Positions 36,701 through 44,868 of a DNA stretch of 64,000 bases are shown piece by piece. Numbering within the stretch: position 1 is the stretch's first letter; the number at the start of each line of letters is the position of its first letter. Origin of the DNA: a virus; IMG/VR virus record IMGVR_UViG_3300020583_000010, positions 1-64,000 of that record. One strand, given 5' to 3'. Below the pieces are notes generated by a model. The model saw only the letters and a program-made list of their open reading frames with translations. It ran no database searches and was not told the DNA's origin. The position numbers and the translations under genes are program-made.

Positions 36701-38798
36701 CTCCAGCAGAAGCAGCAAGTTTATCTAGACTACTCTTAGCCTCATCAGTGGTCATCGTCCCCTTGGAGACCGCTGTTGCTACGTCATCATACCCCTTTTG
36801 AAGGTCAGAGAGGGATTGCTTAGCAGAACTCTCTGCCAGCTCGCTTACTACTGTCTGTGACTTATTATATTTGTCTAAGTCATCTGCACTCTTAATTACT
36901 GATGAGGACAGTGTGTCAAAGCGAGCTCTAAGTTCATTTACTGCTGATACTGCCTGTGGATCATCTAAAGCAGTTGCCGCTGTTGCCAGTTGTTTAAGCT
37001 GAGGAGCAGTTTTAAGCATCGAACTAGACAAACTACCCAGGTCTACATCGCCTCTTTGTACGGCGCTGGCCCAGTCGACTAATTTACTTCTCAGGTCTTC
37101 TAACTTAGTCTGGAAGTTAAGAGTATTAGTACCTGTTTTTTCAGCATCATCTCCGAACTTTAGAAATTCATCCCCGGCATTACTCATACCGGCTTTCATT
37201 TCTTGAAGCCGGGTACCTAGACTATCGAGCTCCGGACCAGTATCTGTTATCCAGGCGCGAGCTGCCGGGTTATCAAGGCCTTCTGCTGAGGACTGTATAG
37301 CCTTGTAATTCTTCTGTATTGTAGAAAACTGAGTTAACAGTTGATCACTAAAGCCACTACCGATAGACTTCTCAAGTTGAGAGATCTTTGTATCTACCTT
37401 GTCCATCTGCGTAGCGAGGTCAGCACCCGCAGCGGTAGAAGCTCTGAAGGCAGGAGGCAGAACATCAGCAGCTGTACCTACATCTTCAGTATCTTTTTTA
37501 ACTCCTTGAAGCGTATTTGCTAGGTCTTCCGCATCCCTACTAGCTCCAGTAAATGCGCCAGGCGCTGTAGACATTTCTGGAGAAACATTCTGTGCCGCTC
37601 TCGCAGCAGATGCTGCCTTAGCTTCAGCAGAAAGCATTCCCCCTTCTTGAGTCAACTTGGCCGCATTAGCCTCTGCTTGGGCTCTTAAAGCAGCCGCTGC
37701 ATCCTGTTCTGCCTGAGACGCGTACTTATCAGAGGCAACAGCAGGACGTGGAGGACGCTCTCCCACCATAGAGGATACTGGAGCCTCAGCTCTAGCATTA
37801 GCAACTTTTTGGGCTTCTTGATAATCTTTGAATGCTTGCTGACTTGCAGTAAGAGAATTGGTAGCGTCATCTGCGCTATTAGCTACCTTACTAAGATCAT
37901 CACTAACACCCTTTAGAGGAGAACTAGAGCTAGCAGCAGAGTTAGCAGCATCTGTAATACCCTTACTGAAATCAGATGCACTACTCTTTGTCTCGTCTAG
38001 CGAGCTGCTTAGAGCATCTGACTTGTCCTTCGCTGTTTCCATGCCCAGGCTGGAGTCTTCCAGGGCAGCATTCATCAACTCTGAACTTGTCTTAGAGTCA
38101 GCAAGTGCCGCACTTAAAGCATCTGTTCCCAGAGTTGATTTCTGAGCAGCTTCATTAAGATTACTAAGTCCACTACTGGCAACTGTAGACAGAGCGGTAT
38201 CTAGAAGGCTAGCTCCGCTGGCAGAGTCTGTCAGCGAGCTCTTTAGGTCAGTGGCACTTAGTTTGGATTTATCCAGAGCCGCAGCAGCATCTGTAATGCC
38301 CTTATCTAGATCAGAGGCTGCCTTGGCTGTATCTTCATAAGATGTAGCTAAGTCATCAACTGTCTTTTTAGTGCTAGCCAACGCTGTGTTATCTTGAAGA
38401 CGAGCCTGCGTCTGGTTCTTCATATCCTGAAGAGCCTGATCAGCAGTTAATCGTCCGCCTGTCTTAGCCTGGTATAGACGCTGCCAAGACGGAGTTTCCT
38501 GGCTATCACGGAAGTTCTTAGCATCCTGAGGAGTATTAAAACCTTGATTTACTGCCCTATTATAGAGATCAGTACTCTGGGCTGCCTTAATAGCATCTAG
38601 AGCGCTTTTGCTAAACGCATCGGACTTTAACTTCTCAGCGTCTGAAGCAGCCTTATCAGAGTCAGCTATTTCTTTATTAGCTCCAGCTGCATTAGCCTTA
38701 AGGGAATCAATAGCAGCATTAGCCTCGGCAACCTTGAGCATCAAGTCATCAAAGTCGGCAGTGGCGCGATAAATTACGTCAAAAGGCGTGGTCGCCAG
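30738..38798 (-). CDS. Tape measure protein with C-terminal lytic transglycosylase domain and intein (start CTG 38798 or TTG/ATG 38744)
   Basis: About 2670 aa, helical Ala-rich with W/F repeats; RESGWN..GLAQV..NVAAAIRY SLT motifs. Confidence 0.93.
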   Translation of the reverse strand: MATTPFDVIYRATADFDDLMLKVAEANAAIDSLKANAAGANKEIADSDKAASDAEKLKSDAFSKSALDAIKAAQSTDLYNRAVNQGFNTPQDAKNFRDSQETPSWQRLYQAKTGGRLTADQALQDMKNQTQARLQDNTALASTKKTVDDLATSYEDTAKAASDLDKGITDAAAALDKSKLSATDLKSSLTDSASGASLLDTALSTVASSGLSNLNEAAQKSTLGTDALSAALADSKTSSELMNAALEDSSLGMETAKDKSDALSSSLDETKSSASDFSKGITDAANSAASSSSPLKGVSDDLSKVANSADDATNSLTASQQAFKDYQEAQKVANARAEAPVSSMVGERPPRPAVASDKYASQAEQDAAAALRAQAEANAAKLTQEGGMLSAEAKAASAARAAQNVSPEMSTAPGAFTGASRDAEDLANTLQGVKKDTEDVGTAADVLPPAFRASTAAGADLATQMDKVDTKISQLEKSIGSGFSDQLLTQFSTIQKNYKAIQSSAEGLDNPAARAWITDTGPELDSLGTRLQEMKAGMSNAGDEFLKFGDDAEKTGTNTLNFQTKLEDLRSKLVDWASAVQRGDVDLGSLSSSMLKTAPQLKQLATAATALDDPQAVSAVNELRARFDTLSSSVIKSADDLDKYNKSQTVVSELAESSAKQSLSDLQKGYDDVATAVSKGTMTTDEAKSSLDKLAASAGEVTGASDKTVSGIDSVLGQMAKFSTILDDNRTKIDANVASLSNLKTLDTVFANTALTGIQKAMNDLNTSIAKGTVNSDQAITKNQSLVNSLLSLKKTYPDLTSTIDAMIAKLTASTVAINADSDALDKLNVKQLAAKKAADDTTASWQNLWGMGKNLKSGLDDLAADFMRLSAAASSEGGSGGGIGGILGSLGGAANAGVSGILGSLGSLVSFIAPLMVFATLIPTIASAIVGLGAAIGGLIGALSPLVGVFATFLPVVVGMIEALKALQLSIGPIEAAFKDLTGTLGFVSGQAQTQFESFSTPIQQVAKDLKAFQSAFDDISKVVPQMATNLASGIAGPLGGLKDIVPPITTALVNMSKAIGQALQPILQGFISFMKSSEFTTISEAAANGLVSFGHTVTNLLTVLGTVATAAAPYTVIIAKWFDTFTQGMVNVSNATAKNGGFKDFFNQMMIALAEVGNIARGVARIFDNWGSGLAPIGNFILTGIGKGLNTIADDANKVNFKVWVTDTETFLSGLGKIAKALVDLFGALVKPEFLKFLGNILTDVASIAEGLKPVLKTLTDIVAGALPTMSKIFHDISQIALDVVIHPLDTFFRWLDSNKDLMAGLSSLFGVMATVVVSASLLSLVGKLSDLASAKWSGLVDMLNKLPGVNLPGGGVADTSTAGKMQTAADTMLDAANKQLTAATGQGTAADKEGVAADKNALDGGKFTIGDAAAGIIATALGAALVAYLVTGVTNPKSALRQEQDKLNSPGTPSVPATPYIPAQGRPGQKGYVPAQQAQPGSPGTPGGPTSDSSELGQIAKAVRDVEGIAIKNFFTDDTQWEKASNRAIKDFFTGNQGWQKASNTAVANFFTDKSGWEKAANKAIGDFFTGNAGWEKAANSSISGWFKSVGSWFMRDAYTPVKNWVSRDFVGFFTTTIPNWFRTASASFMRDVYTPVKNWVSRDFVGFFTSTIPHWFESAGGAFTRNVYTPVKNWVSKDFVSFFTSTIPQWFSTAGKWFTQDVYTPVKNWVSKDFVSFFTTTIPSWFSTVGKWFTQQVYTPIKNWVSNDFVSFFTTTIPKWFSTVESWFTQQVYTPIKNWITNDFVSFFTTTIPKWFSTVGGFFTNDVYNPIKDFIMNTIPSFFSQTIPHWFDSVSGFFTSKVIQPISTFLSGLGSSIEGAFKGAINSVITGVINPVIHFIDDVIGVIPGAPHINDVSKLAAGGHVQGNLGETDTSDSTLARLTPGEFVIRKKAAQALGSDMLHWLNHADKNLISSGDSNQTFLGVMTQQRLTGGAGGSPKFASGGGVPGLAGGGPITNPTSPTGNGPVTNPGGSVPTPGQLTKQQQSNPNQSTTTGLGAAESFIKGLVLGAMKGAFDAGWNTFASPAVNTLSDPKSVPESVLKTGALGFKAAIDSFLTAQDKKYNDIGGVIPSGSQKGIIDAALQAAGVPTSSWGVWEAGLNTLIQRESGWNASAVNNSDSNAAAGTPSEGLAQVIKPTFEAYRVSSLPDDLLNPIANVAAAIRYIEATYGCVPLDTMILTKRGWLTYDKVQVGDETVGYNFETGNNEWTKITQVHFYEDAPLVKLSNSQLEVKCTPNHRWIVDHEYKGDSHDLKCDICDKDNFKTLKGVGLHRNRVHGLISSKKIHHTRQKMMTVDIGPRDYLVVSSPHRTVEGLDITTAEAELLGWITGDGTVRRSDPKSKTNFNKRCTLYQAKPEHVKRLRSMMEEGNIPFKEHVYLPRKNGYLERHEFTFSTKYINDLLRRSGYKHNEDTINFVLSMSSEQRSAWLHGVIEAEGYKVKSKTGKRGTDVYSIVQTDGEVQDGIALAVYLEGYQPRRNTLNAGTDGRKPSGTIPSGTIHQAVPRISKSYLAVEEIVSEDVWCVSTELGSWTMKQGKSILLTSNSIQNVQQANANLPPKGYSIGGFAGGIGSFASPGYATGGIVNKTIGSLKSTAGSSADGGRSGPGVHIENFNIHNAIPERVTESYQSALSRVRVQGVRG
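31032..32153 (-). mobile_element. Intein (374 aa) with LAGLIDADG domain and C2H2 finger
   Basis: TYG|CVPLDT..CTPNHRW..LLGWITGDG..HGVIEAEG..VWCVST..TSN|S. Confidence 0.9.
33300..34260 (-). repeat. Tape measure tandem repeats (35-aa/105-bp and 18-aa units)
   Basis: VYTPVKNWVSxDFVxFFTxTIPxWF and WEKAxNxAIxxFFT units. Confidence 0.85.
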
Positions 38799-38811
38799 GA
38801 ACGCTTACCAC

Positions 38812-39273
38812 TTAAACCACCTCCCCTAACGAGTTGTCTAGTATATCAATGACGAGTTTAATATGATCTCCACTAAAGTACTCATTACCTTTTACAGGAA
38901 GCACTCCTGCGAGTTTAAAAGTGTCTTTAATATGATTTTCAATATGTAAAGCTTTTCCCTCGGGGAGATTCTCAAAAACCCGAATTATAGTAGAGTATCC
39001 AGCAATCTTATGCTTTGAGTTTCTACCGGAACAGGCATTGCAGATAGAGTGTCCTTGTTGCACAGCATTTGGTGAGCACTTGACTTCGTGTCCTTTTTTA
39101 CACCTGATAGAATGTCTGAGTGTAGAATTAATATACTCTGGTTCAAGGAGTTCTGCGCCCGCTTCCTGTAAAGCGCTATAAAATGCCTCAGCGGCTCTTC
39201 TCTTACTATCAATAGCACTCTGTCTGGGATATGACGACTTAACTAACATATCGCCTGGCACACTAGTTGACAT
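38812..39273 (-). CDS. Truncated zinc-ribbon/GIY-YIG(T5orf172)-like protein
   Basis: One C..GH..C..C unit plus the PVKGNEYF tail shared with 51208-52092. Confidence 0.65.
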   Translation of the reverse strand: MSTSVPGDMLVKSSYPRQSAIDSKRRAAEAFYSALQEAGAELLEPEYINSTLRHSIRCKKGHEVKCSPNAVQQGHSICNACSGRNSKHKIAGYSTIIRVFENLPEGKALHIENHIKDTFKLAGVLPVKGNEYFSGDHIKLVIDILDNSLGEVV

Positions 39274-39303
39274 CAGGCTACCTTCCCGCGTCCAGCGCTA
39301 CTA

Positions 39304-39337
39304 ATAAGAAACCCGACAGCATTAAGCTGTCAGGCTC
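39304..39337 (-). terminator. Putative intrinsic terminator
   Basis: GAGCCTGACAGC-TTAAT-GCTGTCGGGTTTC-TTATT. Confidence 0.55.
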
Positions 39338-39367
39338 TTTGAGGACCCACTTAAAACATCGGTACAA

Positions 39368-39994
39368 CTACCAGATCTCAGGTGGTCCTTCAGGAAGATC
39401 TTCCCATCCTAAGCCGGTCTGGTTCACAGACTCTGGAGCATCTGCAAACTCAGTGGGCGCTCCCAGAGGAGCCCACATAGGCTGAGGGCCATCCGGGAGG
39501 TTATCCAGCTGTCCTACATCCCCTTCAAACTTCTGGACACCGGTGTCCAACTTTCCCCCACCCAGCAGAGTTGTTAGATCACTCACTGAAAGAGAACTTG
39601 TCTTATTCTCTTCCGCCTCTTTAAATTTGGCCTCAGCTGGAGTATCAAGACTAATATTATCAAGAGCCCTGTGAAACTTCTCTCCATCTTCAGGATTAGC
39701 ATACTGCCCAATACTGGCTACAGTATGAGCTAAAGTCTTAACAGACCATGTCATATATTGTCTGTTTCTGAAATCCTCATAATAATGGCGCTCAGAGATT
39801 GCAGCAGTCATCATTCGTATTTCTTTGATAGACAGATCTTTAGCTGTTTCTAGAGTATATCCGCTGTAAGAACTTAAGATAAGGTCGAAGGCTCTGACGA
39901 AACCTCCGAGGTACTCTGAGCCGGAGAACTCTGGGGTGTATCTAGTTGCCCTGTCTTCTGAGCCAGACTGAGCAACTTCATCACTTTTTTTCCC
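39368..39994 (-). CDS. Tail assembly chaperone, -1 frame (gpT-like part)
   Basis: The -1 frame is open from the slippery site through ORF 39368-39814. Confidence 0.85.
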   Translation of the reverse strand, partial: GKKSDEVAQSGSEDRATRYTPEFSGSEYLGGFVRAFDLILSSYSGYTLETAKDLSIKEIRMMTAAISERHYYEDFRNRQYMTWSVKTLAHTVASIGQYANPEDGEKFHRALDNISLDTPAEAKFKEAEENKTSSLSVSDLTTLLGGGKLDTGVQKFEGDVGQLDNLPDGPQPMWAPLGAPTEFADAPESVNQTGLGWEDLPEGPPEIW

Positions 39995-40431
39995 AAGGCA
40001 GCCAGATCAGCTGACTCACGTCTCACAATAGCCTCAATAAGGTCAACCATGTCTTCGGGATCGGGATTAGACAATGTTTGAGCTACATGCTGCTGAAGGG
40101 CAGCATTGTCTTCACGAGTCTTCTTGTCTGTTCCTTTACGAAGATCAGCAGGTTCTACCATATCATATAGGAATCCAACAACCTCATCAAAAGAATCTGG
40201 AATACTGACACCTATGAAAGCTACTAGTCTTCCTAGAATCTCATCTTCTGACCCGGCCAGTAGACCAGCAGTACCTTGTGCGGCCATGAGCTGCATAGCA
40301 GGACCATGAGTAAGAATCTTAAGGAGTTTGAAGAACTGACGAGCCTTTAGATCTACAAGGCGCAGTCTAGTCCCGTCACTAAGAGTAAGGACATCATCAG
40401 ACGGAGTTAACACATCTAGCTCATTGGACAT
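39874..40431 (-). CDS. Tail assembly chaperone (gpG-like)
   Basis: Between the major tail and tape measure genes; contains the slippery site. Confidence 0.85.
   Translation of the reverse strand: MSNELDVLTPSDDVLTLSDGTRLRLVDLKARQFFKLLKILTHGPAMQLMAAQGTAGLLAGSEDEILGRLVAFIGVSIPDSFDEVVGFLYDMVEPADLRKGTDKKTREDNAALQQHVAQTLSNPDPEDMVDLIEAIVRRESADLAALGKKVMKLLSLAQKTGQLDTPQSSPAQSTSEVSSEPSTLS
39984..39994 (-). other. Programmed -1 frameshift site GGGAAAAAAAG
   Basis: G GGA AAA slippery heptamer in the correct frame. Confidence 0.85.
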
Positions 40432-40493
40432 ATTTTCCAGCCTTCTTGGCTACATTAAGGAAGATTGTATTCAGTTGTGTCTAATATAATCGG

Positions 40494-40531
40494 CAAAGCA
40501 AGAAAACCCCTCCGAAGAAGGGTTTTCTTTG
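40494..40531 (-). terminator. Intrinsic terminator after the major tail gene
   Basis: AAGAAAACCCTTC-TTCG-GAGGGGTTTTCTT. Confidence 0.8.
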
Positions 40532-40560
40532 GCTTAAAAATAGCCTTTGACCTGCAATGA

Positions 40561-41166
40561 TTACGTAGGATTTCCGCTTCCATATGAGGCGGTAGTACCA
40601 CCGGTAAGGTTACCAGGAGATAGAACAACTCGACCAATAGTCGGATTAGTAAGGGCTACGCCTTGCTCGTCATTATTCGAGTATAGTGCAGTACCTGAGC
40701 AGTTGAAGTTAAGACCAGTCTTGTAAGCGGGACCAGTGAAGTTAATTGGGTTGAACTGCACCTTATACAGGATAATGTCAAATGTCAACTGCTTACTACT
40801 TGAGTCCTTAGCAGTTGAACGAAGACGCATTGACTGTGTAGGCTGGTTAAGAGAAGCCAAGTCCCACAGAGGCATCGAGTAGTAGTCTGATGGGGCGGTA
40901 CCAGATGAACCGATTGTAACTCCGGTGATCAGTGAGTACATAGCCCAAGGTACGAACCCGGTCTCAATAGTCACTGTGGCATAGTCAGACCATACCCAAC
41001 GCGATAGAACTCGGTCATTACCAGTGTTATCATACTGGCTGATGTTAGCAGATAGGGTACCTGTACGGACACCGTAAATTGCCTGCTGATCAGCACCTGT
41101 AGTGCCATTCAGAATAGAGGCTGCGGAAAGCGAGAAGGCCTCTGAGTTGCCACTAAATGCTGCCAT
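40561..41166 (-). CDS. Major tail (tube) protein
   Basis: Position before the chaperones; size; followed by a strong terminator. Confidence 0.8.
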   Translation of the reverse strand: MAAFSGNSEAFSLSAASILNGTTGADQQAIYGVRTGTLSANISQYDNTGNDRVLSRWVWSDYATVTIETGFVPWAMYSLITGVTIGSSGTAPSDYYSMPLWDLASLNQPTQSMRLRSTAKDSSSKQLTFDIILYKVQFNPINFTGPAYKTGLNFNCSGTALYSNNDEQGVALTNPTIGRVVLSPGNLTGGTTASYGSGNPT

Positions 41167-41238
41167 TAGTGTTCCTCACCTTAGAAAGAGTCAAGTTGAG
41201 GCTCCAAGCCTCTCCTTCCTATAATCGGCATAAGATAA

Positions 41239-41496
41239 TTAGTCTTCTAGGCCTGATATAAGCTCATCAGTACCATCCTCATACTGAATACAGGTTTCCC
41301 AAAGTTCCCCGTTGATAGCATAGCGGTGTAGGACTCGAAAGATACCCTGTCCTTTTTTCCTCCGTGCTCTAGCACAGTCAGAGCATGCTAACTCCATCAA
41401 GTTTCCATTTGTTACTACTGGCTTATCTCCGTCAGCCACTACTTTTAGAAAAAGCCTATTAGGAGAATTAGGGCATCGCACATCGAACTCAGGCAT
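41239..41496 (-). CDS. Small Cys-containing protein
   Basis: RCP..ACSDC..VLHRY. Confidence 0.7.
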   Translation of the reverse strand: MPEFDVRCPNSPNRLFLKVVADGDKPVVTNGNLMELACSDCARARRKKGQGIFRVLHRYAINGELWETCIQYEDGTDELISGLED

Positions 41497-42664
41497 CTCT
41501 TGCTACTCTCTTTCTAGTATCATGTAGCAACTTTGCCTCAGTGTACTTGTCTCTCACTTCATGACCTTTTCCTGGTACTAGATCTGGAAGTCTTCGGAAG
41601 AAATCATCCATTACCCGATCCCAGGAACACATTTCAGGAATAAGTTTCGCACCAGTCATACCTTTCTGCTTCACTTCCTCGCGGTTTCTAAAGCAGTGAA
41701 GCATTAGGGCTTTAAGGTGATCTTTATCTGCCTTAGCCCACTTACAGTTAAGTAAATCTCTACCAGGGACGCCAAATGGTTCAAGTTCATAATTAAGAGG
41801 ATAGGCATACTGTGTATGAAGCCATTGCTGATGGCCTCCCCAATCTGTGGCTACTACTGACCCTCCGGTAGAAAGCATCTCCAATGCTGGAAGATTCTTT
41901 CCTTCCCCATAAGAAGGCGCTAGCAGTACGTGACCACTCTTATAGAACTCATGCATCTCGTAGTCATCGAATGTTCTGTAGTGCACGCGTAGCTTAGGAA
42001 TAGCATCTTCTATCATAGGAGGAAGACTAGAGACAGTAGTATGAAGATGAAACTCCGCTGGTTCGAACTCTACAGGGTATTCTGTTTTAAGTTCAGCGAA
42101 GGCCTCTATGGCTACGAATGGATTCTTCCGAAGGCCCAATTGTCCATTCATTATAAAACTGAATCTCTTACCGTGCCAATTACGCTCCATGTATGGCCAT
42201 AGTTTATCATTATAACCTCCCTGTAGAGTGCCCATAGGCAGCTTTGGAGCGCGTGCTTGAAATGCGCCTACAGAAACATCAGAGTAGCCGAAAAGAGCAT
42301 CAAAGTCACTTGTGCGCTTTTTAAATGTAGAGCGCCCAACAAGATTTCCTAGGGTGCTGAACTCCCACATTGACCATCCAACTATAACATCAGTAGCTGC
42401 TTTTTGTTCTTTAGTGGCGCCGAGCATACTAGGATCAACATGGTGAATCATGAGGTCGAATGGTGCTTCTAGGTGTTTTGTTAAAAGATTAGCCACACCC
42501 TTAGGAAGAGGAGGCTGAAGGTTTATGGGCTGTAAGTAGACATCAATACCTTTTAGCATCAGAGCATCAGCCATATCGATTAGGTCACTACCATACCCTG
42601 AGTATCTTGAAAATGGCCCAACCAGCAGGACCTTCAGCGGTCCTTCATTCATTAATGTCATCAC
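41489..42664 (-). CDS. GT-B fold glycosyltransferase (GT4-like)
   Basis: SGYG, RKN and PSYGEGKNLPALE (Ex7E), ATDWGG. Confidence 0.9.
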   Translation of the reverse strand: MMTLMNEGPLKVLLVGPFSRYSGYGSDLIDMADALMLKGIDVYLQPINLQPPLPKGVANLLTKHLEAPFDLMIHHVDPSMLGATKEQKAATDVIVGWSMWEFSTLGNLVGRSTFKKRTSDFDALFGYSDVSVGAFQARAPKLPMGTLQGGYNDKLWPYMERNWHGKRFSFIMNGQLGLRKNPFVAIEAFAELKTEYPVEFEPAEFHLHTTVSSLPPMIEDAIPKLRVHYRTFDDYEMHEFYKSGHVLLAPSYGEGKNLPALEMLSTGGSVVATDWGGHQQWLHTQYAYPLNYELEPFGVPGRDLLNCKWAKADKDHLKALMLHCFRNREEVKQKGMTGAKLIPEMCSWDRVMDDFFRRLPDLVPGKGHEVRDKYTEAKLLHDTRKRVARDA

Positions 42665-42703
42665 GGCCTCCAGGGCTCTTAGGATGTTCTATTTTAGAAT
42701 CGG

Positions 42704-43228
42704 TTAAGACTGAAAAAAGGCAGTCTGTAATCCATATGACACTGTGCCTATAACTAAGTCATCTTCCGAATTCAACTTAGGCATAAATGCTATATCCCCT
42801 AACCGGTATGATCTCCAGACTGGCTGGGTTCCGAACATTACAACTTCACTGCTGGTGAAGTTCAAGTAGGAGTCCATAATATTGTACAAATAGTCAGCAG
42901 CAAGACGAGCATCTCTAGGTCGTGTAACTTTACCATCCATACCACGTGGTGGATCTGCCCATATTTCTATTGTAAGCTTTGGGAACCTCTCAGTTGTCTG
43001 AGGAGAAGGAGTTCCCCATGTCCCTGAGCCTTTAACTACGATAGCGGTTACTGGATTTTCTGGCCATTTTGCTGAGATACCATTCATATTCTGAATAATC
43101 TCTTCTTGGAAGATGAATGGTGTGCCATTATCATACTGGCCTACCAGATTAGTTATCTGAGGTATGCTTAACAGGTATTTAGTACACCCTTTAACATGAT
43201 CATCTGGATAAGGAAAGTTCAATTGCAT
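42704..43228 (-). CDS. Tail terminator / completion protein
   Basis: Position and size in the head-tail joining module. Confidence 0.6.
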   Translation of the reverse strand: MQLNFPYPDDHVKGCTKYLLSIPQITNLVGQYDNGTPFIFQEEIIQNMNGISAKWPENPVTAIVVKGSGTWGTPSPQTTERFPKLTIEIWADPPRGMDGKVTRPRDARLAADYLYNIMDSYLNFTSSEVVMFGTQPVWRSYRLGDIAFMPKLNSEDDLVIGTVSYGLQTAFFQS

Positions 43229-43797
43229 CAGGCACCTCCAATATAAAATCCGCTAGAACTTGGTTTACTAGTGCCACTAGGATTTGCCAGGCCTTTAGCT
43301 AAGTGTGCTTTAAGAATCGTCTGTACTCTATTTTTCTGGTATGCCGCTGATTTCTCAACAGATCTTGCAGCTACCTTTGAGTTACCAAGCAGTGAAGGAG
43401 CTTCTGCTGTCAATTCTTGTGTTCTTGAGTTAGAGAAGAAGTTTATTATCTCTTTAATGATGCGAGATGGAATATTCGCATAAGCAGGAGCAAAGAAGAA
43501 GTGAGTTCCTCCACGAGCCAATTCAAACACACCGTAGTACGCTGGGTCTCTAGGCATGCCTGGCGCTGCTCCACCTACCTTGATAGTTCCCTGCCAGCCA
43601 CCAGGATAGGCAGGGGAATCCCAAGTAGTGGTAGACTTTAAGGAACCTGTCTCTATATGAATCAGCGCAAAGACTTCTGCTGCCATTGTTGCAAATATCT
43701 CAGCAAAAGAAGTCATAGTTCTAACATCTGGAGCATCTAAGAGACGATGTAATTCGTCTTTAACCTGTCGGTCATCCACTGAGATATTTATCTTCAT
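43228..43797 (-). CDS. HK97 gp10-like neck protein
   Basis: ETGSLKS..YGVFE..G.H.FF.PA motif. Confidence 0.7.
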   Translation of the reverse strand: MKINISVDDRQVKDELHRLLDAPDVRTMTSFAEIFATMAAEVFALIHIETGSLKSTTTWDSPAYPGGWQGTIKVGGAAPGMPRDPAYYGVFELARGGTHFFFAPAYANIPSRIIKEIINFFSNSRTQELTAEAPSLLGNSKVAARSVEKSAAYQKNRVQTILKAHLAKGLANPSGTSKPSSSGFYIGGA

Positions 43798-43799
43798 GG

Positions 43800-44270
43800 T
43801 TATCTGGTTATCTCGCCGAGCTCTACACCCGGGAACAGATTATTGTCTATTGCCTTCTCAGTTATCTGGGCCTCAATATGAGTTATACCTAACACATCCT
43901 GGGCACCTTCAGGTATAGCCATTATTTGAAATGTAGAACCTACATAGGCTCCTTTTACAACAACTAGGAGATCATTAGCTCTAACTGCGTCTCTCTTAGG
44001 AGGAATATCATAGAATACTGTTCCCGCACGGGGTATGGGACTACCTGCCTCGTAGGGAGGAGCCGTTTGAATTCCTGTGCGAACAAACTGGATATCCAAT
44101 CGGCATTTCATTTTTCCGGGACTTCGAAGGAACCTATCAGCCAGGTCAGAACTTCTTTGGTAATTGAGTACAGGAGCTCCATCTTCTATTCCGGGGCCAT
44201 TACCCATACTAAGGCGCCAGACCTCCACAGTACTCGAATAGAGATATCTTATGTTGGAGTTTCTAGCCAT
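43800..44270 (-). CDS. Head closure / stopper protein
   Basis: Position; VRANDLL..HIE pattern. Confidence 0.65.
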   Translation of the reverse strand: MARNSNIRYLYSSTVEVWRLSMGNGPGIEDGAPVLNYQRSSDLADRFLRSPGKMKCRLDIQFVRTGIQTAPPYEAGSPIPRAGTVFYDIPPKRDAVRANDLLVVVKGAYVGSTFQIMAIPEGAQDVLGITHIEAQITEKAIDNNLFPGVELGEITR

Positions 44271-44272
44271 GG

Positions 44273-44854
44273 CTACGATCCCATGGTGAAGTTACCAGTG
44301 AAGCCGTCTCCACCGTCTCCACTGATAGTGCCGAAACCTAGTAGCCCGTCTCTGTTATGCTCAGCTGGTCCTGTCAGTTTGTGCTCATCTGTAAAGTGAT
44401 CATGATCAATCCATACACTGTCATCATCCCACTTCATGGTTAGAGCACTGCTGAACACTCCGCCCATTTGTGTACGGAGAGCTAAGAACCGGACCGCGTA
44501 GTCAAACATGACTATGCCGGTGGACTCACCCTTAAGGGCATTAGACTGAGCATTACCACGAATATATGATACAGGCTTAGACCATGAAACTGAACCGGCA
44601 TTTTGACTCTGAAACGGGCTGAACTCTGCATCCTTGTAGGGCTGCTGTAGTACAAGAACATCAGCGAAGGCTAGAATACCCATCTGGGCCAACTGCTGTT
44701 GAAAAGGATCTACAGGCCAATCCATAAGCTCTGTCAACAACATAAACACCACAGTAGCCTCCACCAAAGCAAAGTCTGCATAAGGCGGGTAATCTTCCAG
44801 GTCTCTTCCAGAGAATTGAGCCAGCTGAGCTACAGTAAAAGTCGGAAAAGCCAT
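44273..44854 (-). CDS. Head-tail adaptor protein
   Basis: TVAQLA N-terminus; Q.AGSVSWS motif. Confidence 0.65.
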   Translation of the reverse strand: MAFPTFTVAQLAQFSGRDLEDYPPYADFALVEATVVFMLLTELMDWPVDPFQQQLAQMGILAFADVLVLQQPYKDAEFSPFQSQNAGSVSWSKPVSYIRGNAQSNALKGESTGIVMFDYAVRFLALRTQMGGVFSSALTMKWDDDSVWIDHDHFTDEHKLTGPAEHNRDGLLGFGTISGDGGDGFTGNFTMGS

Positions 44855-44868
44855 TAGCGGCAGTCTCT

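Noticed and set aside
32509-38145. Long plus-strand ORFs antisense to the tape measure (also 62504-63031 and similar)
   Set aside because: These are shadow ORFs of minus-strand genes caused by codon bias.
38799-39367. Group I intron around the endonuclease-like ORF
   Set aside because: No recognisable P7/R-S core, and the flanking genes are complete.
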